Shown: positions 11,021 through 25,046 of the stretch, one piece after another
Layout: each line of letters opens with the position of its first letter
Position numbering within the stretch: position 1 is the stretch's first letter
Assembly: GCA_030704615.1 (NCBI GenBank)
Contig: CM060733.1
Coordinates: 6,014,001 to 6,078,000 of the forward strand
Source of the DNA: Takakia lepidozioides
Taxonomy: Eukaryota; Plantae; Bryophyta
Length of the DNA: 64,000 nucleotides
Reading direction: 5' to 3'
The notes under the pieces: model-generated
Databases searched by the model: none
What the model was told of the DNA's origin: nothing
What the model saw: only the letters and a program-made list of their open reading frames with translations
Translations under genes and position numbers: made by a program

Positions 11021-14000
11021 TCAGTTACCAGAGAGGACAGCCCCAGCCAATGTGTCGATGTCGTGGGGAAAGAAGACCCTGCCACAAAATCGAGTCCTCA
11101 CCATTCAATTCTCAGAGCCAAAATTTGATCTCTGAACGTGTGCAATCTGAGGAAGACAATGCCTCTGAGCATGGGCCAAGTGATAATACAAGGTTGCATG
11201 AATGAACATACCGGCACGTATTCTCATAAAGAGTTCGTGAGAAGCCACCTACATCTTGCACCTTCCGGTGAGCTGCAACAACTTCCAGCACTTGCCTGCA
11301 ACCATTTGCTCTGATGAGACCCTCAATCAACTCAGGATGAGCACAGTTTCATTACTGAAGTTAATAGCTAATAAATATGCCTCCGGAAGTCAGACTCCTG
11401 GGGGGTAGCAGTAATCCTTGGGCAATGGGAAGTAAAGGGGCTTACAGAAAGATATTTTGATCTGGAAAAAGCTAACCTTAACTGAGGCTCACATCACAGC
11501 CTGAGGTAAGTTGATGAGAAGGTCTGGATGATTAGAGCTCTATCTTTGTTAGAGACTTACCTGTCTCACTTTAGGCACGCCTTCCATGGGCTTGTTTCAT
11601 TCAGTAAAGGAGTAAAGGATTGAAAGTTTTGGATGATGTCCACTCTCTCTCACAACATCTTAAAATCTGAGATACTATATCTAAAAATAGGAATTTGTTA
11701 CGTTGTAATGAAATACTTGGAAGAATGTGTGCTACTTTTGGATGAAGATAGATCACTAGATATGTTTCTCATTCCAAACAATGTGAGCACTTAATGACCC
11801 TTCCGTTGCAAAAGGTGGCTACACCCTTAAGGGCATAGTCCATAGCAAACATTAAACCCTCCTTGAATCTGTTGCAGTGTCTCAAAATTTCGGTAGTGCA
11901 GGTGTTATAGACATCATGTAGAAAGCACTACGTTTGATTCAGAACTGCTTCCAGAGCCCCACTCTGGTTACACTCACTCGGAGAGGCCAGAGTGAGAGAG
12001 AGGAATTATTACTTCTGATTACTCATCCAACCAGTATGGAAGAGCACAAGCAATATGTCAAAAAAACCAAGCGAGGCTAGGGGACCGAAAGATAACCTAA
12101 TATGGCAAGGCTCATTGCGGCCTTTCACGGTTGAAAGGATGTCGTGCTTCTCCTTCTTCTTGGAAGGCCAGGTGGTTGCCACCTGCCCACTTCCTGCATG
12201 AGCAACTTTGATCTCACAATATGGAGCGTCGGTCTCTATCATCATTCTTTCCACAGGGACCTCTGCCATAACTCGAAGATTTACTTCAGTCTTCAGTGAG
12301 CAGCCATTTATACCTGGGTTGCCATTTCCAAGTACTGTTAAGAACAGAGATATATGTAGACTTTTGACCTAAGGGCACCTGGGTTCACAAACCTGAAAGA
12401 CTAGTTCCTTCACACCTGGATTCTTTATTTCCATACGCCACGGCAAAACCAACATAGTGCCACGCAGGCCAGTTGAGAGCATGCTTGCATGAGGGTCAGT
12501 CCTCCCCTGTTTACTAAAAATTGTTAAGATGACTAACCATTACAAAATGGGTAACCTTAATACACACTATGGTTGGCCATGATTCCTTTCAGAGGTTGAC
12601 TGAGAAGCTGGCAGCTCACTTCCTTAGTAAATGTCCTGCAGTCTGCTTTGTTTACTGCTGTTGGGATTCTTACCCAGCCACAAAACACGTCCTAAAGCAA
12701 GCTACACAGTTTAGCCAGCTCTAAACAAGGCATACTGCCCTTAGAGATGCTGTCAGCAACCACAACCCCCATATTTCTCCTGAAAAAGGTGAAAGCATTA
12801 ATCAGGAACTTCCTTGAGGGCACGGCAGAAGCCTCTTTAGATCGTAGCGCTTTGTGTAGACACAATTAGCATAGCTAAGTACAGTTAGGTACAACCACTC
12901 AATTACACCCAACCATGCAGTTTTACTGTAAGCAAACCATGTGGCATGGTATTCTAGCACCAAATTATTCTCGTGAACTCCGTATTCATCTCTGTGCGAT
13001 CTGGAGATGTGCCATCTCTCTACAGCGCAAAGAGTAACTCGTAAAACAAATTACAATGCAACAGGCCCAGAAGTAGAGAGACATATCTTAGGATAGCACA
13101 AGAGGTTCTAAAAGTGCTCAGCATTACATCCCTTGAATCTGGTTGGAGATACAAAACTATGGGGTGAAGGGATGTGAGATATACAATCAATGTGTGGCAC
13201 CTGAAATCTGAATAAACACCTCTGCTCCCTAGTGGTAATCACTAGTCATGTGTTGACAACCCCTAGACAATTACAATCAATTAGCCCCAGCTCTTTATTT
13301 GTACTTGGGAAGATAATGAGGTAAATAAAATATACCTATGTAAAGATTGGGGAAGGTCAGCAGCTGATCCCTGTCTTCTGCACTTCCTGTGAAGGAGTGT
13401 ACCACCCCTGCCACAAATCTACCAACGAAAGCACAATCAGAATCCCTGGCTTGAGTGTAGTCTCATCATTACAGTCATCAAAGCTCTTTTCCTATGCTGT
13501 AATATGTAATTTCACTGACAGAATCTGTTGGTTGGCCTCGTAAACATAGTGTTGAATGGAAAATGTTAATCCGAAGCACAATAAGAATGACCCACATGAA
13601 GGCGCAGGAGCAACTCACCACCCTGACATAATCAAACAAAAAAGAAACACCGTACTCCATGAGACGTCACCATTGGAACACACACTGCCTGGAACTGACA
13701 CTCATTACATAGTTTTCCAAGACCTTTCTCGTAACATAAGGCCAATTATTTGAACAGAGTGTAGGAAAGTTGAATGAAGGCAGTCAGTTAACCTGTGCTG
13801 GTTGCGTTGTACTATGTCAAAAAAGTCAGCTGCTGCAGCACGCATGTGCAAAAATAAAGGCAGTCTGGTTGCTTCTGCAATCTCAAATTGTCGCTCAAAG
13901 TAGCTGCACAAACTTGGCCTATCTTATTCCAGCAACTGAAGGCATACAGGCTTCATTTGATTGTCAAAACTCTAAATGGGTGCCCCCAGAAAATTTAAAG

Positions 14001-17000
14001 TCGTTGCCTCCATTGCCCATCACTGCAAAATGAAATTTTTCATTTCCTATCCTCTCCAAGTTCCTCCCTCCTTCTCCTATGCCTACTAGCAAAATAGTAC
14101 CAAGAATGTCCTAATTGCTAGTTTTACCAAGAAAGACCACTATTCTTTGCTTATATGATATATCTGTTTGGTTTGCGTGACCACATTTCTTCAAAATCCA
14201 AGCGCCAAACATTTACTGTGTGCAAAACAAGTATCTAGTTTATACCCAGAACAACTTACCGTTGCTGAATATCAGCAGGGCAAAATTGGAGGCGGTCATA
14301 GTCCAAGCCACATTCACCAATCGCCACTACCTGCCCCACAATTATGATGGATGCCCTTACTTTAATTTCCTATAATACCAATACTTCTAACTCATCCTCG
14401 CTATTTACCAAACTAAGGAACGGTCCGTTGTGTATTATCTCATAGTGGATAAGGAGTTGTCCCCCCCCGTGTGCCAGCGTGATGGTTGATAGAATCAATA
14501 TTAGTTCTTCTGACCACTTTCTTGGCTGGACTGAGGTGTATTTCTTAACACCAAGAGATCTGTGAAATGCTTGATTTGAAACTGGCGCATAGAAAAATTC
14601 CTGAAGGAAGAGGTCCAGACAGAATATGTCCAGACCTTCAACAAGCCTCTCCCACACTTTATCCAATCACTCCAAGACCTCTCTTCCTGCGTGGGTGATG
14701 CAAGAAGCAAAGTCAGATGAGCTGTGGATTCTTGGGAGAGTTTCGTCACCTCTGCGGCTGATAAGATCATTGGGAAGAAACTAAATGTCAGTGGTAGAGC
14801 AGTAAATTGGTGGACCAATCACATCAAGATCAAGATTGCTTTATATGGACTACTGTAGTATCAAAAACGACAAAGAGCTGTGGTCTCAATACTACCAATA
14901 GTCCAAGAGGTTAACCAGCCTGTAAGGGCTCAGAAGAAAGTTTATTGAGAAAAGTTGTACAAAGACATTACCTTGAACCACCCATGGTGGTAATGATGAG
15001 AGATTCTGGTTGGAGCGCTTGTACAAGCAAAAAAATGCCCCAGCAAGTACAGGCGTGAAAGAAGAATAGGGGTGCAGTGGTGACTTCAACGATGGACATC
15101 GTCAAAACCTTTGAACCACACACCCTTTTTGTGAATAACTCTAATAGTGAGGGGCCTTCTAAACAATGGAAGGACACAATATATAAAACTGCTCCTATAT
15201 TCCAAGACAGCCGTGATGATGTGTAGTATATCTCAAAGGGTTACAATGCTGAGGTCATGGAAGCTGTAAAGCATCTAAGCGGCTATGAAGCAGGGGGGGG
15301 TTTGATGGTCTTCCTGGACATCAAAAAGGCTTACAACACAGTATGGCGCGAGGCTTTACAGGCCTGGGGGATACCCCATCCTATCTCCAGGAGCTGATTG
15401 ATTGTGTGATGAGGTTCTTTGACCTGTGGAGGCTAGAAGCTAATGCTAGTACATGCGCAGTGGTGGATTTCAACAACTGTGGGGAGGGAGGAGGGATCTC
15501 AAACGGAAATGGGGTGATGAAGAGATCCCTATACTCCCTTCCTACACATATCTATTTAGTATTCTTGCAATTGTAACTGGGATGCCCATATACAAAAAGT
15601 GATTCAATCAGCTAAACGCAAGACTCGGGTCCCACTAATTTTTTCCATTGCAGAGGGATTGATCCTGTAGTTAAAAGGACCATGCTGTACAACGTTATTA
15701 GGCCGGCCTTGGAGTACACATCTGCTGTGTGGGTCGACAATTCTTACCATGCTAAATCTCTAGAACCCATTCTGGTTGCTGTGCTCAAAGAAAGTATGTC
15801 GGCTTGTTCTAGAACAGCTAATGTGGCTGTTTGGGGCAAGTTTGGCATACCTCCCTTAAGTTCTCAAGGCGATGAATTCAAGGTCAGATGGTGGGGTCAG
15901 TTGAATCGCTAATTTTTCCACAACACGGTGGCATAGAATCGGGTGGTCGTGGAACTAATCAGCACATACAACGAGAGCTGGTATGGTGGCATCAGCCACC
16001 TTTACCCCCAAACCCCTCACTTCCCACATCTTCAAGAAGTTGATTAACAAAAACATTGAGGACCAGTGAGGAGAGGGGACAACCTTGTGCTACACCTTGA
16101 TCAATCTCAAAAAAGTTACAAAGTTACAAAGTTACTCTATGGTGTTCGCATAGAGGTTCTGGACCATCATCCACATCTTTCCCCGGACCCCAGAAGACCA
16201 AAGCCAGAGCCAGCGCCCCAATACCAGATACCCTAAGATAATCAATGCTATTTCTTCGAAGCAAGACCGTCCTGTTAAACAGGCTAACGGTTGGCGAAAA
16301 GGGTAGAAGAGATTTTCGAGTATCTGAATATTAGTCCAGAAGAATTGACCCTACTGAATGCAGCTGAACTGGAGGGGGTCCTGTCCAAAGCCATGTCTGA
16401 TGCCCAAAGACTGTCGGATGAAAATGAAGTTAGGCATAAAACTTCCCTGAACTAGTTTCCAGCCCGTGACATGGGCGAGGACCTCAAGGATGATCTCAAG
16501 GGTCTACCTACCCTCGGCACAAGACTGAATTTTAAACTCAGGGCGGGAAGCCTACCTTTGAACAAAAAACAGATGCAGAGAGGAAGAGGAGATTGTAATT
16601 GCCTGATGTGCGGGCAGCCTGAAGACAATAATCATTTTCTGATACATCATCCGGGATATTGTCACCAGAGAGTGACCCTCTTCAGGACAATCAAGAACAT
16701 TGTCCCTGCACCTCTGTTCACCAACTTTCAAAATCTTGAGGCTAAGCCTAAAGCCCTGGCCCTGTTGGGGTCTAATTGCTGGGCAGCTAACACACAGCAA
16801 ATTGATGCTTGTGTGAAGGGCTTTCTAGAGGATATCTGGAAAACCCAGACTAATTGTCTCTATCAAGGTAAGTTACACTACCGGAGTGAGCCCCTCACAA
16901 AGGTAGTATCTGTTTCCTTTTGTTCCTCCCAAACTGGGCATGCGGTCCATGGCCACAAGGCTACAGCAAACAAAGTCTTATAAGTACATTTTATCTTCCT

Positions 17001-18943
17001 CCTCTTCTCATTTTTTTCCTACCATACATCACTTTCTCTTACGACAGACACACACAAACTATCACTGCAGTTGCTAACGAAGGCAACTTGCCAAACCCTC
17101 CGTCCACGAGGTTGGCTCATTGTAAAGCAGTCTACCTGATGGCAACGACGGCTGAAGTTGACATAGTGAGATTTAACTACGATCAAAAAGTTATATTGAC
17201 CCAACTGCTGTCTGACTGATTTAAATGAGAGTGACAACTTGTCGTTCATGAGCATAAACCACTCTTTAGACTGTAAGTTTGAGTCCACAAAAAGTAATAA
17301 GTCTGTACAGAAGTGGGCACAGATGTTGAATGTAGAACGATCAGGACCACAAATATCAGTGAATCCTTAACACTCTCTGTAGTCAAACTGCAGTGACGTG
17401 GATGAACGAATAGTACCTTTCCCCTTGCTGCACCTTCTGTTGCAAGTTTCATGAGTTCCTGAAGGTGTCTGTCAGGATCTCCACCTTCTTCGAACTCCTG
17501 CAGAATGGAAGAAGTAAGCAAGAACATTTTACTTTTGAGAGGCCCAATCCTAGAACGGGCGTACAAATTATCCATCTCCAGATCCTCACAGTGTCTCCAT
17601 CTCATGAGCAGAAGGGGCTTTTTCTAATCCCTCATCTCTCTATTGCTTTCTAACAATCACCATGTGAAACATTCTCCACCACATCCTAGACATGTCTCAC
17701 CACACCTTTGATCGAGTCGGATGCACGCCCACCGTACAGAAGAGACGGCCTGTCAATATCTTTCCCACAGTTCCCAGAGCTGAGTAGCCATGAAGGCAAG
17801 CAATAAAAGGGAGGGTCTACGTCCAACGCCATCTCTTCTGCAATCTTTCCCCCGTACAGTATGCATATTTGAAGGCATGGAGATTTCTATAGTGCATTAC
17901 TGTCAGCAATGTTGACATAGTAGTTTTGGGGCAAGTACAATACCATCTGTGTCAGCTAGTGCTAATGCTTCTTTTGACTCCTTCAAAGATCCTCCCGTCA
18001 CCTGTGGGAAATTTCACTGATTTTCAAAGCAGTAGTGTTCAAAGAATTGCAGTTGATACGCCACTCGGCACAGGCACCTATAGTGTTCAAGCATCATAGC
18101 AAAGTTCACAGTTGTGGAGTAGCCATGTCACCTTTTTCTGCTCAGATGCCCCCCTCAAGCTAACCCCTATTTTCCCACACTGGAAGGGAGGACTACTCCA
18201 CATCGAAACTTCATAAATAGGTCACAATCAAGTGCAATCAACCTCCACAATGAAATATGATATTCATCAACTGTTAAGTCTCAGTGACCTCTGTCAGTTG
18301 AAGAGCTTGGAATGTACTATAACAAAGTCAGTGAAGCCAAAAGATGACAGTGAGTCAGAGAGCCTTACAATGATGCGATCTACCCCGGTGTCCCAGGCAC
18401 GCTGCAGCACTTGGACCAAGTCTGCAGAATGGCACTGCTTGCCGTGGTACATTCCCTTGAACATTCCATCTGCACTTCCCAAACAGCAAGACTGGAAATA
18501 AAGTAACATCTGTATGGCCCCTGTGCTGATCTCTCTTTCACACACAAACCACCCTACCAAGATTTTGTCAAACCCTAAGCGCTGAGAGTATTGGGATATG
18601 AAAGGTAACCAGAGTCTAGATCAATGTACCTGTGAGATTGCAGGCGATGTCTGCACATCATTACCAACAAATCATCCTGTTAAGAGATCATTCATGGCCC
18701 AGGACGGTAAAACAGAAAGACAGCCAGAAAATTGCCATGAATGAACGACACCCAGCAGAGTATGACGCTCCCTCTGAAATACCATGGCGAGTACAGCCAA
18801 TAGCAACCTGATTACAGGTTCGATGAGTGTCGACTTCACGGCTGGTAATCACTTTTTGACAATGCAGGCCCGAGGTCCCACATGTGCTGACGAAAAGGGC
18901 AGAGAAAGAAAGAGATCATGCCTATAAACTTGAGCTGCGGCAT
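11021..18943 (-). CDS. TATD: TatD-family DNase (TATDN1-like), 12 exons
   Basis: Exons 18922-18943, 18630-18650, 18369-18469, 17944-18001, 17706-17749, 17417-17497, 14260-14330, 13793-13903, 13336-13418, 12097-12313, 11212-11295, 11021-11078 join in frame: MPQLKFIDIACNLTDGMFKG...TVGVHPT...[12 protein letters not shown]...LFLHMR...VVHSFTGS...GINGCSLK...MIETDAPY...GRNEP...SGN*. Confidence 0.95.
14560..16990 (+). mobile_element. Degenerate RTE-X-like LINE in TatD intron 6, with a displaced inverted RT segment
   Basis: Homologous to 59203-61197 ([44 protein letters not shown]). Family 3' end GGCCACAAGGCTACAGCAAACAAAGTCTTATAAGTACA. The 5' limit is approximate. Confidence 0.88.
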
Positions 18944-19173
18944 TGCTGCGCTAAAGCCTGGCTCCAAAATGCTCCAGCTCAGATCTTAACGTTTACTCGA
19001 TTGAAGAAAATCAAGTGAGGTTGCAGACAAGAGGAGGTGACACCTGGGGAAGGCACAACAGGTGCTTAGCAATTTTTTACGCTGATGGGGAGTCTCCTCT
19101 TTAATAAAGAGGAGGAGTCAATAAACCTAGTACAAGAGATCAGCCCGCAATTTTAACTTAGCTTTGAGTGAGG

Positions 19174-19578
19174 CTAAAATGGTGTCAAAATGTTGAGCAT
19201 TAGAGAGATTGTCACCAACCAAGAAGAGAGTCTGAACAGCCGCGCAACCCCCAATCCAAGCCCTAGGGGGAAGATGAGCCAGACCCCAAGGAGCCTCTTG
19301 AGAGAGGATGCCAACCAGTTTGTCCCATTTAACCTAATCCCTAAAGCTAAGAAAAACCCTTCAAGGGTTTTGGAAGCCATGGAAATGTTCTGCCAATCAT
19401 CATGACTTCTTCTTAGATACAGAATTGAATCATCGGCATACATAGAAACTGTTAAATTAATATTGGCAGTAGGACCGCGTGGAATAGGTCCAATCAGGCA
19501 TAAGTTGCGATCAAGCAAATGTCCTAAGCAATCTGCCAGGAACTCAAAAAGACACACAAAGTCAAGGGAAATAGTTGT
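19174..19578 (-). mobile_element. L1-clade LINE RT fragment
   Basis: LADCLGHLLDR...SMYADDSILYL...ALGIRLN. Similar to the fragment at 26050-27700. Confidence 0.7.
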
Positions 19579-20237
19579 CATGTTGCTGGCAGCCTGCCAG
19601 CAGCATTAGGAACTCTAAAATATATACACAATTGTTTGGGACAGGTTTGCCATGTTGCTGGCAGCATGGCAGATTCATTCCGAACTGAAAATGAGCCATA
19701 AATTGTTTGGGACAGGTCTGTCAGGTTGCTGGCAGTCTGCCAGCAACATTCCTCACTGGAAAAGACACACAATTCCTATGGGACAGCCCGTGAGGAGATA
19801 ATTATATCTGACACACCTACATTTGGCTGGAAATTCCTATTCATAAAAGCCAAATACAATCAATGTACCACTGAAAGACTTACATTTTGCATCAATTTGA
19901 AGCTATCCATCCCTTGGGAGCTCTTCTTACCTTCCTAACAGCCTGCCAAGAGCTGTGAACAGCGGAAATCCTTGCATTTTCTCTGCTAGGTTTTCTTTAC
20001 AAGTGAAAGACCTGCATTTTGCACTGGCCAAGGGTGCGGCAGATTCCACCTAGTTGAGCTCTGGCCTCTCCCTCCCCGCAACGCCCGTGTTTGTTTTAAT
20101 AAGTGTAGGTTTCTGGTGCCGTCATTTCATCGCTGATCCCGTGTCTTCCCTCTCGTGCCGTGTTTCGCATCTCATAGGGTGTTTCATCCCGTGTTTGAAG
20201 GGCTTAACGGATATCTTTAGTACATGATATAAGTTAA

Positions 20238-21052
20238 CCCTAAGCGCCGGGAGTGTTTTTGGGGGTCCACCTCAAAAATGGGACCCACTAACACCTCCCA
20301 AGCCATATCTGCAAGCAGGAGTTCATCCACGGAAATGAACCTTATTAAGTGGCAGTTACCTACTAGATGCAGGTACTGCGAATTTGGGAAGAATTGATCG
20401 TTCCGTTTGGGAGATTATAATAATTTAGGAAGTTTTTAGGGAAAAATTGTGTTTGACCAAGCAAATTTGCCGTGACAGAGATTTTTTCTGGTGGCCAGAC
20501 CAACTCAGTCACCATCTTTGCAGGGTTACACATGTCCTCAAGAAATTTGAGGGACAAATTCCCCAAAAAAAAATATGGCACCTTTGTATGTGCAATCGGG
20601 GGGTTCAATGGAAGAAAAACTACACTGGAAATGGAAGATCCACAAGATCCACATAGCTCCTGGAGTTTTTTACAAAATCAAGTTTCCTCTAGTGCAATCC
20701 TGCAGGGCCCACAGGGCAAAAAGAATGCCCAAATTTACTAAAAACTGCTCTGTAGATGGATTTTTTTTTACTTTTCCAATCACTTCCGTCTGAGGGCTGT
20801 CCGCAGGCCACGTCGTCAGGTCAACTGCAGTGGCAGCCTCAGATCTATCTATCTTGGGGTACCCCTGATCTTTGAAAAATCGTAGGAGGCAGAGTTTTGG
20901 GTTTTTGGGGGCGCAGTAAAGTGGAGCGTGTGGCATTAATTACAGCGCTCACTTTTCATTCAGACACTTTTTTCATCCGTTTTCATCCACGGAAGTTATT
21001 CCGTGGATGAAAACGGCTGCAACCTGATTCAGGTCGCGCCAGCCTTTAGGGG
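20238..21052. mobile_element. Non-autonomous TIR element with TTAA target site (piggyBac-like)
   Basis: TTAA|CCCTAAGCGCCGG ... CCAGCCTTTAGGGG|TTAA. Subterminal TCATCCACGGAA motifs near both ends, in both orientations at the right end. TIRs are imperfect. Confidence 0.5.
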
Positions 21053-21298
21053 TTAAGTTAGGTGTTGGCATCAAATTGCCAATTTGTTTTTCAAGGAAAG
21101 GGAGGAACTCAGCCCTTTGTCAAATTAAAGCAGGAGAAAATAACCCTGCAGAAGTTAGCAGGTTTACTTACACACATAAACATGAGCCATATTGAGAAGC
21201 CCAGCATGACTGCAACAAGCAAATTGTATTATGCACACCAGCGGTAGCTCAGCTGGATAATGCATGCATGTGCCACCCAAGTGATTCTTGGTTCAATC

Positions 21299-22672
21299 CA
21301 GTGTTGTACTGGTATGTGCCAGTATGAGTAAGGGTATTGGAGAACATACCAGTTGGGTATGTCTTGGGGCATATACCCCGGCTATACCATGGACCCGGGT
21401 TTTGAACACTGGACCTACCCCCTACCTACCATACCAGTCTAAGTATGAACTACTTTCATACTCCGCTTGAGACCCGTATTAAGGATTGATGAACCCAATA
21501 ACAATTGCAGCCTACAGTGTCCATTTTTTGACATAAATGCATCATTTTTCCTATACATAGTTTGTTGGTTTTGATCTACAATCTTATATTTCTATGAAAT
21601 TTCTTAAAAGGGACTCACAACATTGTACATATCTACATGTAGTATCTACCTTCTCAGACTTGCCCCAAAAATCGTTATCTCTAGAAGTGATGGACTTTAT
21701 GAAAAACCCATAAGTTTATGTTACAGTCCATACAAAACTTGTTATGGACTCATTATCTGTTAGATTTTGTAACATAATTGGAATAAAGTGACTTGGCCCT
21801 CCCTTGCTATTATGATAAAGAATCTAGTGTGAGAGTTTTTTAACATTTTTACTCATTAAATTAAATTTTATGTACTTTATCAACCTACCAATAACAGCCA
21901 TTTTCAACCAAAAACATGTACTTTTGTGATTATGGTCAAGTTTGCATTATGTCACCGACGACACGTGACGGCATATATCCTCCATAACATCTTTCTTTTT
22001 CCCATTTGAAATGACAGTATCCCAACAATAGACCTTCCACATGATATAGTGCAAGTGAATCCATGTTTTGGTTTTCTTTCACGATTTTTGTTTTTTATTC
22101 TTATGTCCGTTTATGTAGGCCACATCTTCAACTTTTTGGTCCACTCTTCGTTGCAACTACCCCCAAGCTATTATAGGTATGTGTAATGATACAATAGGGG
22201 TAGAAGATATGGCGTACAATGATCAGCATACAAAGTACAATATGCATGATTTCTTCAGTTTTTGTCATGGCATCGAGCTTTTCTCCCATTTGTTACAATC
22301 CAGCCTTACAATACAAAGACCTTCACTAATTCGTGAGCAATACAAATTAGTTTGCATGGGCACGTGTGACTGCAATTTTTTTTTACCTATTGTATGTTGC
22401 CTCTCTGGTTTTAATTTCAGCTTTGAATACAGTATGATGACTGTTAGTGTATACCATATCATTGCACATGCTCCCCCCATATGTCATTTGAGTTTTTGCC
22501 ATACCCATGCCTAGGACCAAGGTATCTCAAAATTGGAAATACCCATACCCATCCTATAACGTACCTGGCGGGTCCTAATCTACCCTGGGCCCTACCAGTT
22601 GGACCCAAGAGCCAAGTTGGACCTACTAGTACCACTTTGGTATGTTAAAATGGACATACCAGTACAACATTG
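21299..22672. mobile_element. Non-autonomous hAT element
   Basis: TIRs CAGTGTTGTACTGGTATG / CATACCAGTACAACATTG. Perfect 8-bp TSD GTTCAATC. TIR is related to the MITE at 5597-6084. Confidence 0.9.
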
Positions 22673-22925
22673 GTTCAATCCTTGTTGCGTCATTGTTAGG
22701 GTGCGGTTTAGGGTGGTGTCCCTCAAGCCTTGTGCTTGGCGCCTGAGGTTAATTTTTCTCTACTGTAAAAGGCCTGAACAATGGCTAGCAGGTGTTTCAT
22801 TTTTTCTTAAGATTTAAAAAAAAAAAATTGTTATAATAGAAAGTGCTTTACAAGTACAACCCCGTAGCAAGAGCCCAACCTCCGAAATGGGGGCAATAGC
22901 CACCTTAGTGGTGAAGTGGCTCTTA

Positions 22926-24979
22926 GGGTCGGTTTACACGAGGGCCCAGGCCCAAGAAATCATGGGCCCAAGACTAGAGCTTTTGGGCCCACAATTGGGC
23001 TGAATAAACCAATTAAAATATATTTTTTAAGGAAGGGGCCCTCTCCGTGTAAACCTATTGGGCCCAAGCCTAAGGCCTAACCTACACTATATCAGCCACT
23101 CTCCTGGCCACTCCACTGTCTCTCTTCTTCGACGTCTCCCATCAAATCTTGAATCCCTGAACCATAGAAGCAAGAAGTAATAATATTCCTATGGCCTTGG
23201 TCCTCTTCATGGCCTTAAGCACATGATTACAACCATTTTGGTATTGCAACAACTAATAAACGATTGCAATATGCTAGATTGTGGATGACTTCATCATGGG
23301 AAGAATTTGCCTCAAATGGATCGATAGATAGGTAATAGATAGGTAATATTACACAAAAAATTCAGCAGCATAGATCAAGCAATACCAACATCAACGTTCA
23401 CAGGTCCGTAATACATAGGAATGTACGGTTCCTCATTAATAACTGCTTCGCTAAAACAATCAACATATGCGGTATTAAGATCTAGGGGCTCTTCTATACA
23501 TGATTCTTCATCAAAATAGATATCCTTAACTATTTCCATGGTGGTTTCTTTTGGCATCAACATTGTCCGCCATAAAGCTTCACACCTACCCAGATTCATA
23601 CCCTTCCACACGTAACATTCTAGAACTAACATGCGAGACTCTCATATTATTCGTTTACAGTCGACCCTGGCTAAATGTGCCCTCCTTATGTGTTATAAGG
23701 GGTGTACTTGTTATCTTTTTTTTACTCCCTAAAATTCTACACGGTAAACGTTACAAAAATGGTACTCCCTCCTTTGTAAAGTGACCCTTGATATACAATA
23801 TGGCCACCTCTTTGTTAGGAAAGTACAGTGAAAGCCGCCTAAAGTAGGTTGAAACATAAATATTTCCATTGACATTTCATTAAGAAATAAATAATGTGGA
23901 ACCACCGACATGTGATGATTAAATTTCTGAATTAATAGGGATGGATGTCTAGCAAATTGGCTCTATATAATGCAATGTAGTTACGTTTCCGACTATGGTG
24001 GTTCACGAATTTGTTCATTACGAGGAAGAACACGATTTGAACACTCCATATGCACCTACGGAAAGCGAGATATAGGAACTTGATGATCCATGTGCAAACG
24101 TTGAAACTAAAGATGACGAAGACGAACCTATTTTTAGATCCAGTGGCACAAGTGACATTTTCCAATGTTCAGGAGGAATTCAAAGTGATTTATATGTTTC
24201 TAGAACAACAACCCTTGGTGATTGGTTGAGAGACTTTCTAATAGGGTTAGATCTGTAGAAAATAGTCTAAGTTATCTACATTGCAGGTTGTGTATTGTTG
24301 ACATAACACTATTGACAAAATTTCAGTTGATTTGACATGTAAATCTGTAATGTTATATTTTTTGAAATCATCCCTGGTTTACAATTACATGGATAAATGT
24401 TAAGAAGAGTCTTGGTCGCCTTCTTTAATTGGTAATATGTTATCACTCTGTTACCGTTATTTTTTTTTTCCTCCCAAGGCGTAACAATAAAGGAGGGTCG
24501 ACTGTAATTGGTCTTGGACGCATTAAACAGGTTCTAGACACTTTAAACATGATGATTAATGTTTAAGGATGATGGTTTTTAAGTTGGATGAAAACAAGCA
24601 TGTATCATTATCAATCACCATTGGACATGGATGATGCAAGATGAAACGCCATTAGTATCTAACCTAAAGTGGTCCAAGAGATAGAAATGACTGATGATTC
24701 TACATGGCAGCACCTCCGTCGCGTGGTGGCCATCGAGTCTCTAGTCTCTACATGCGTCCAACCCCATCTGTGACATGTTTCCATCCTACGGCTGTAATAG
24801 GCTTAAACAAATTTATTTTAATGCTGGGTTTCTTGGGCCCAGCGAAAGAGTTGGGTCTTCATCCCAGGAGCGTTCTTTTTGTTGGACTGGGCCTGAGAAT
24901 TTGGCACCATAAATCATGCCATTTAGGTAGCCATGTCATTTTCTTAGTCTTGGGCCCGAGCCCTCGTGTAAACCGGCCC
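22926..24979. mobile_element. Non-autonomous PIF/Harbinger element
   Basis: ~30-bp TIRs GGGTCGGTTTACACGAGGGCCCAGGCCCAAG / CTTGGGCCCGAGCCCTCGTGTAAACCGGCCC, with TTA TSD. Confidence 0.9.
23658..24504. mobile_element. Tc1/mariner (pogo-like) non-autonomous element nested in the Harbinger
   Basis: TA|CAGTCGACCCT ... AGGGTCGACTG|TA. Confidence 0.75.
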
Positions 24980-25046
24980 TTAGTTACACCGACCGTGGTT
25001 GGCGTCTTTTCTCTCTCTACAACCCCGTCTGCCAGGGTTGCTATTC

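Noticed and set aside
19578-19750. Palindromic TGTTGCTGGCAG..TGCCAGCAACA repeats
   Set aside because: Probably a TE remnant, but no termini or TSD could be defined.
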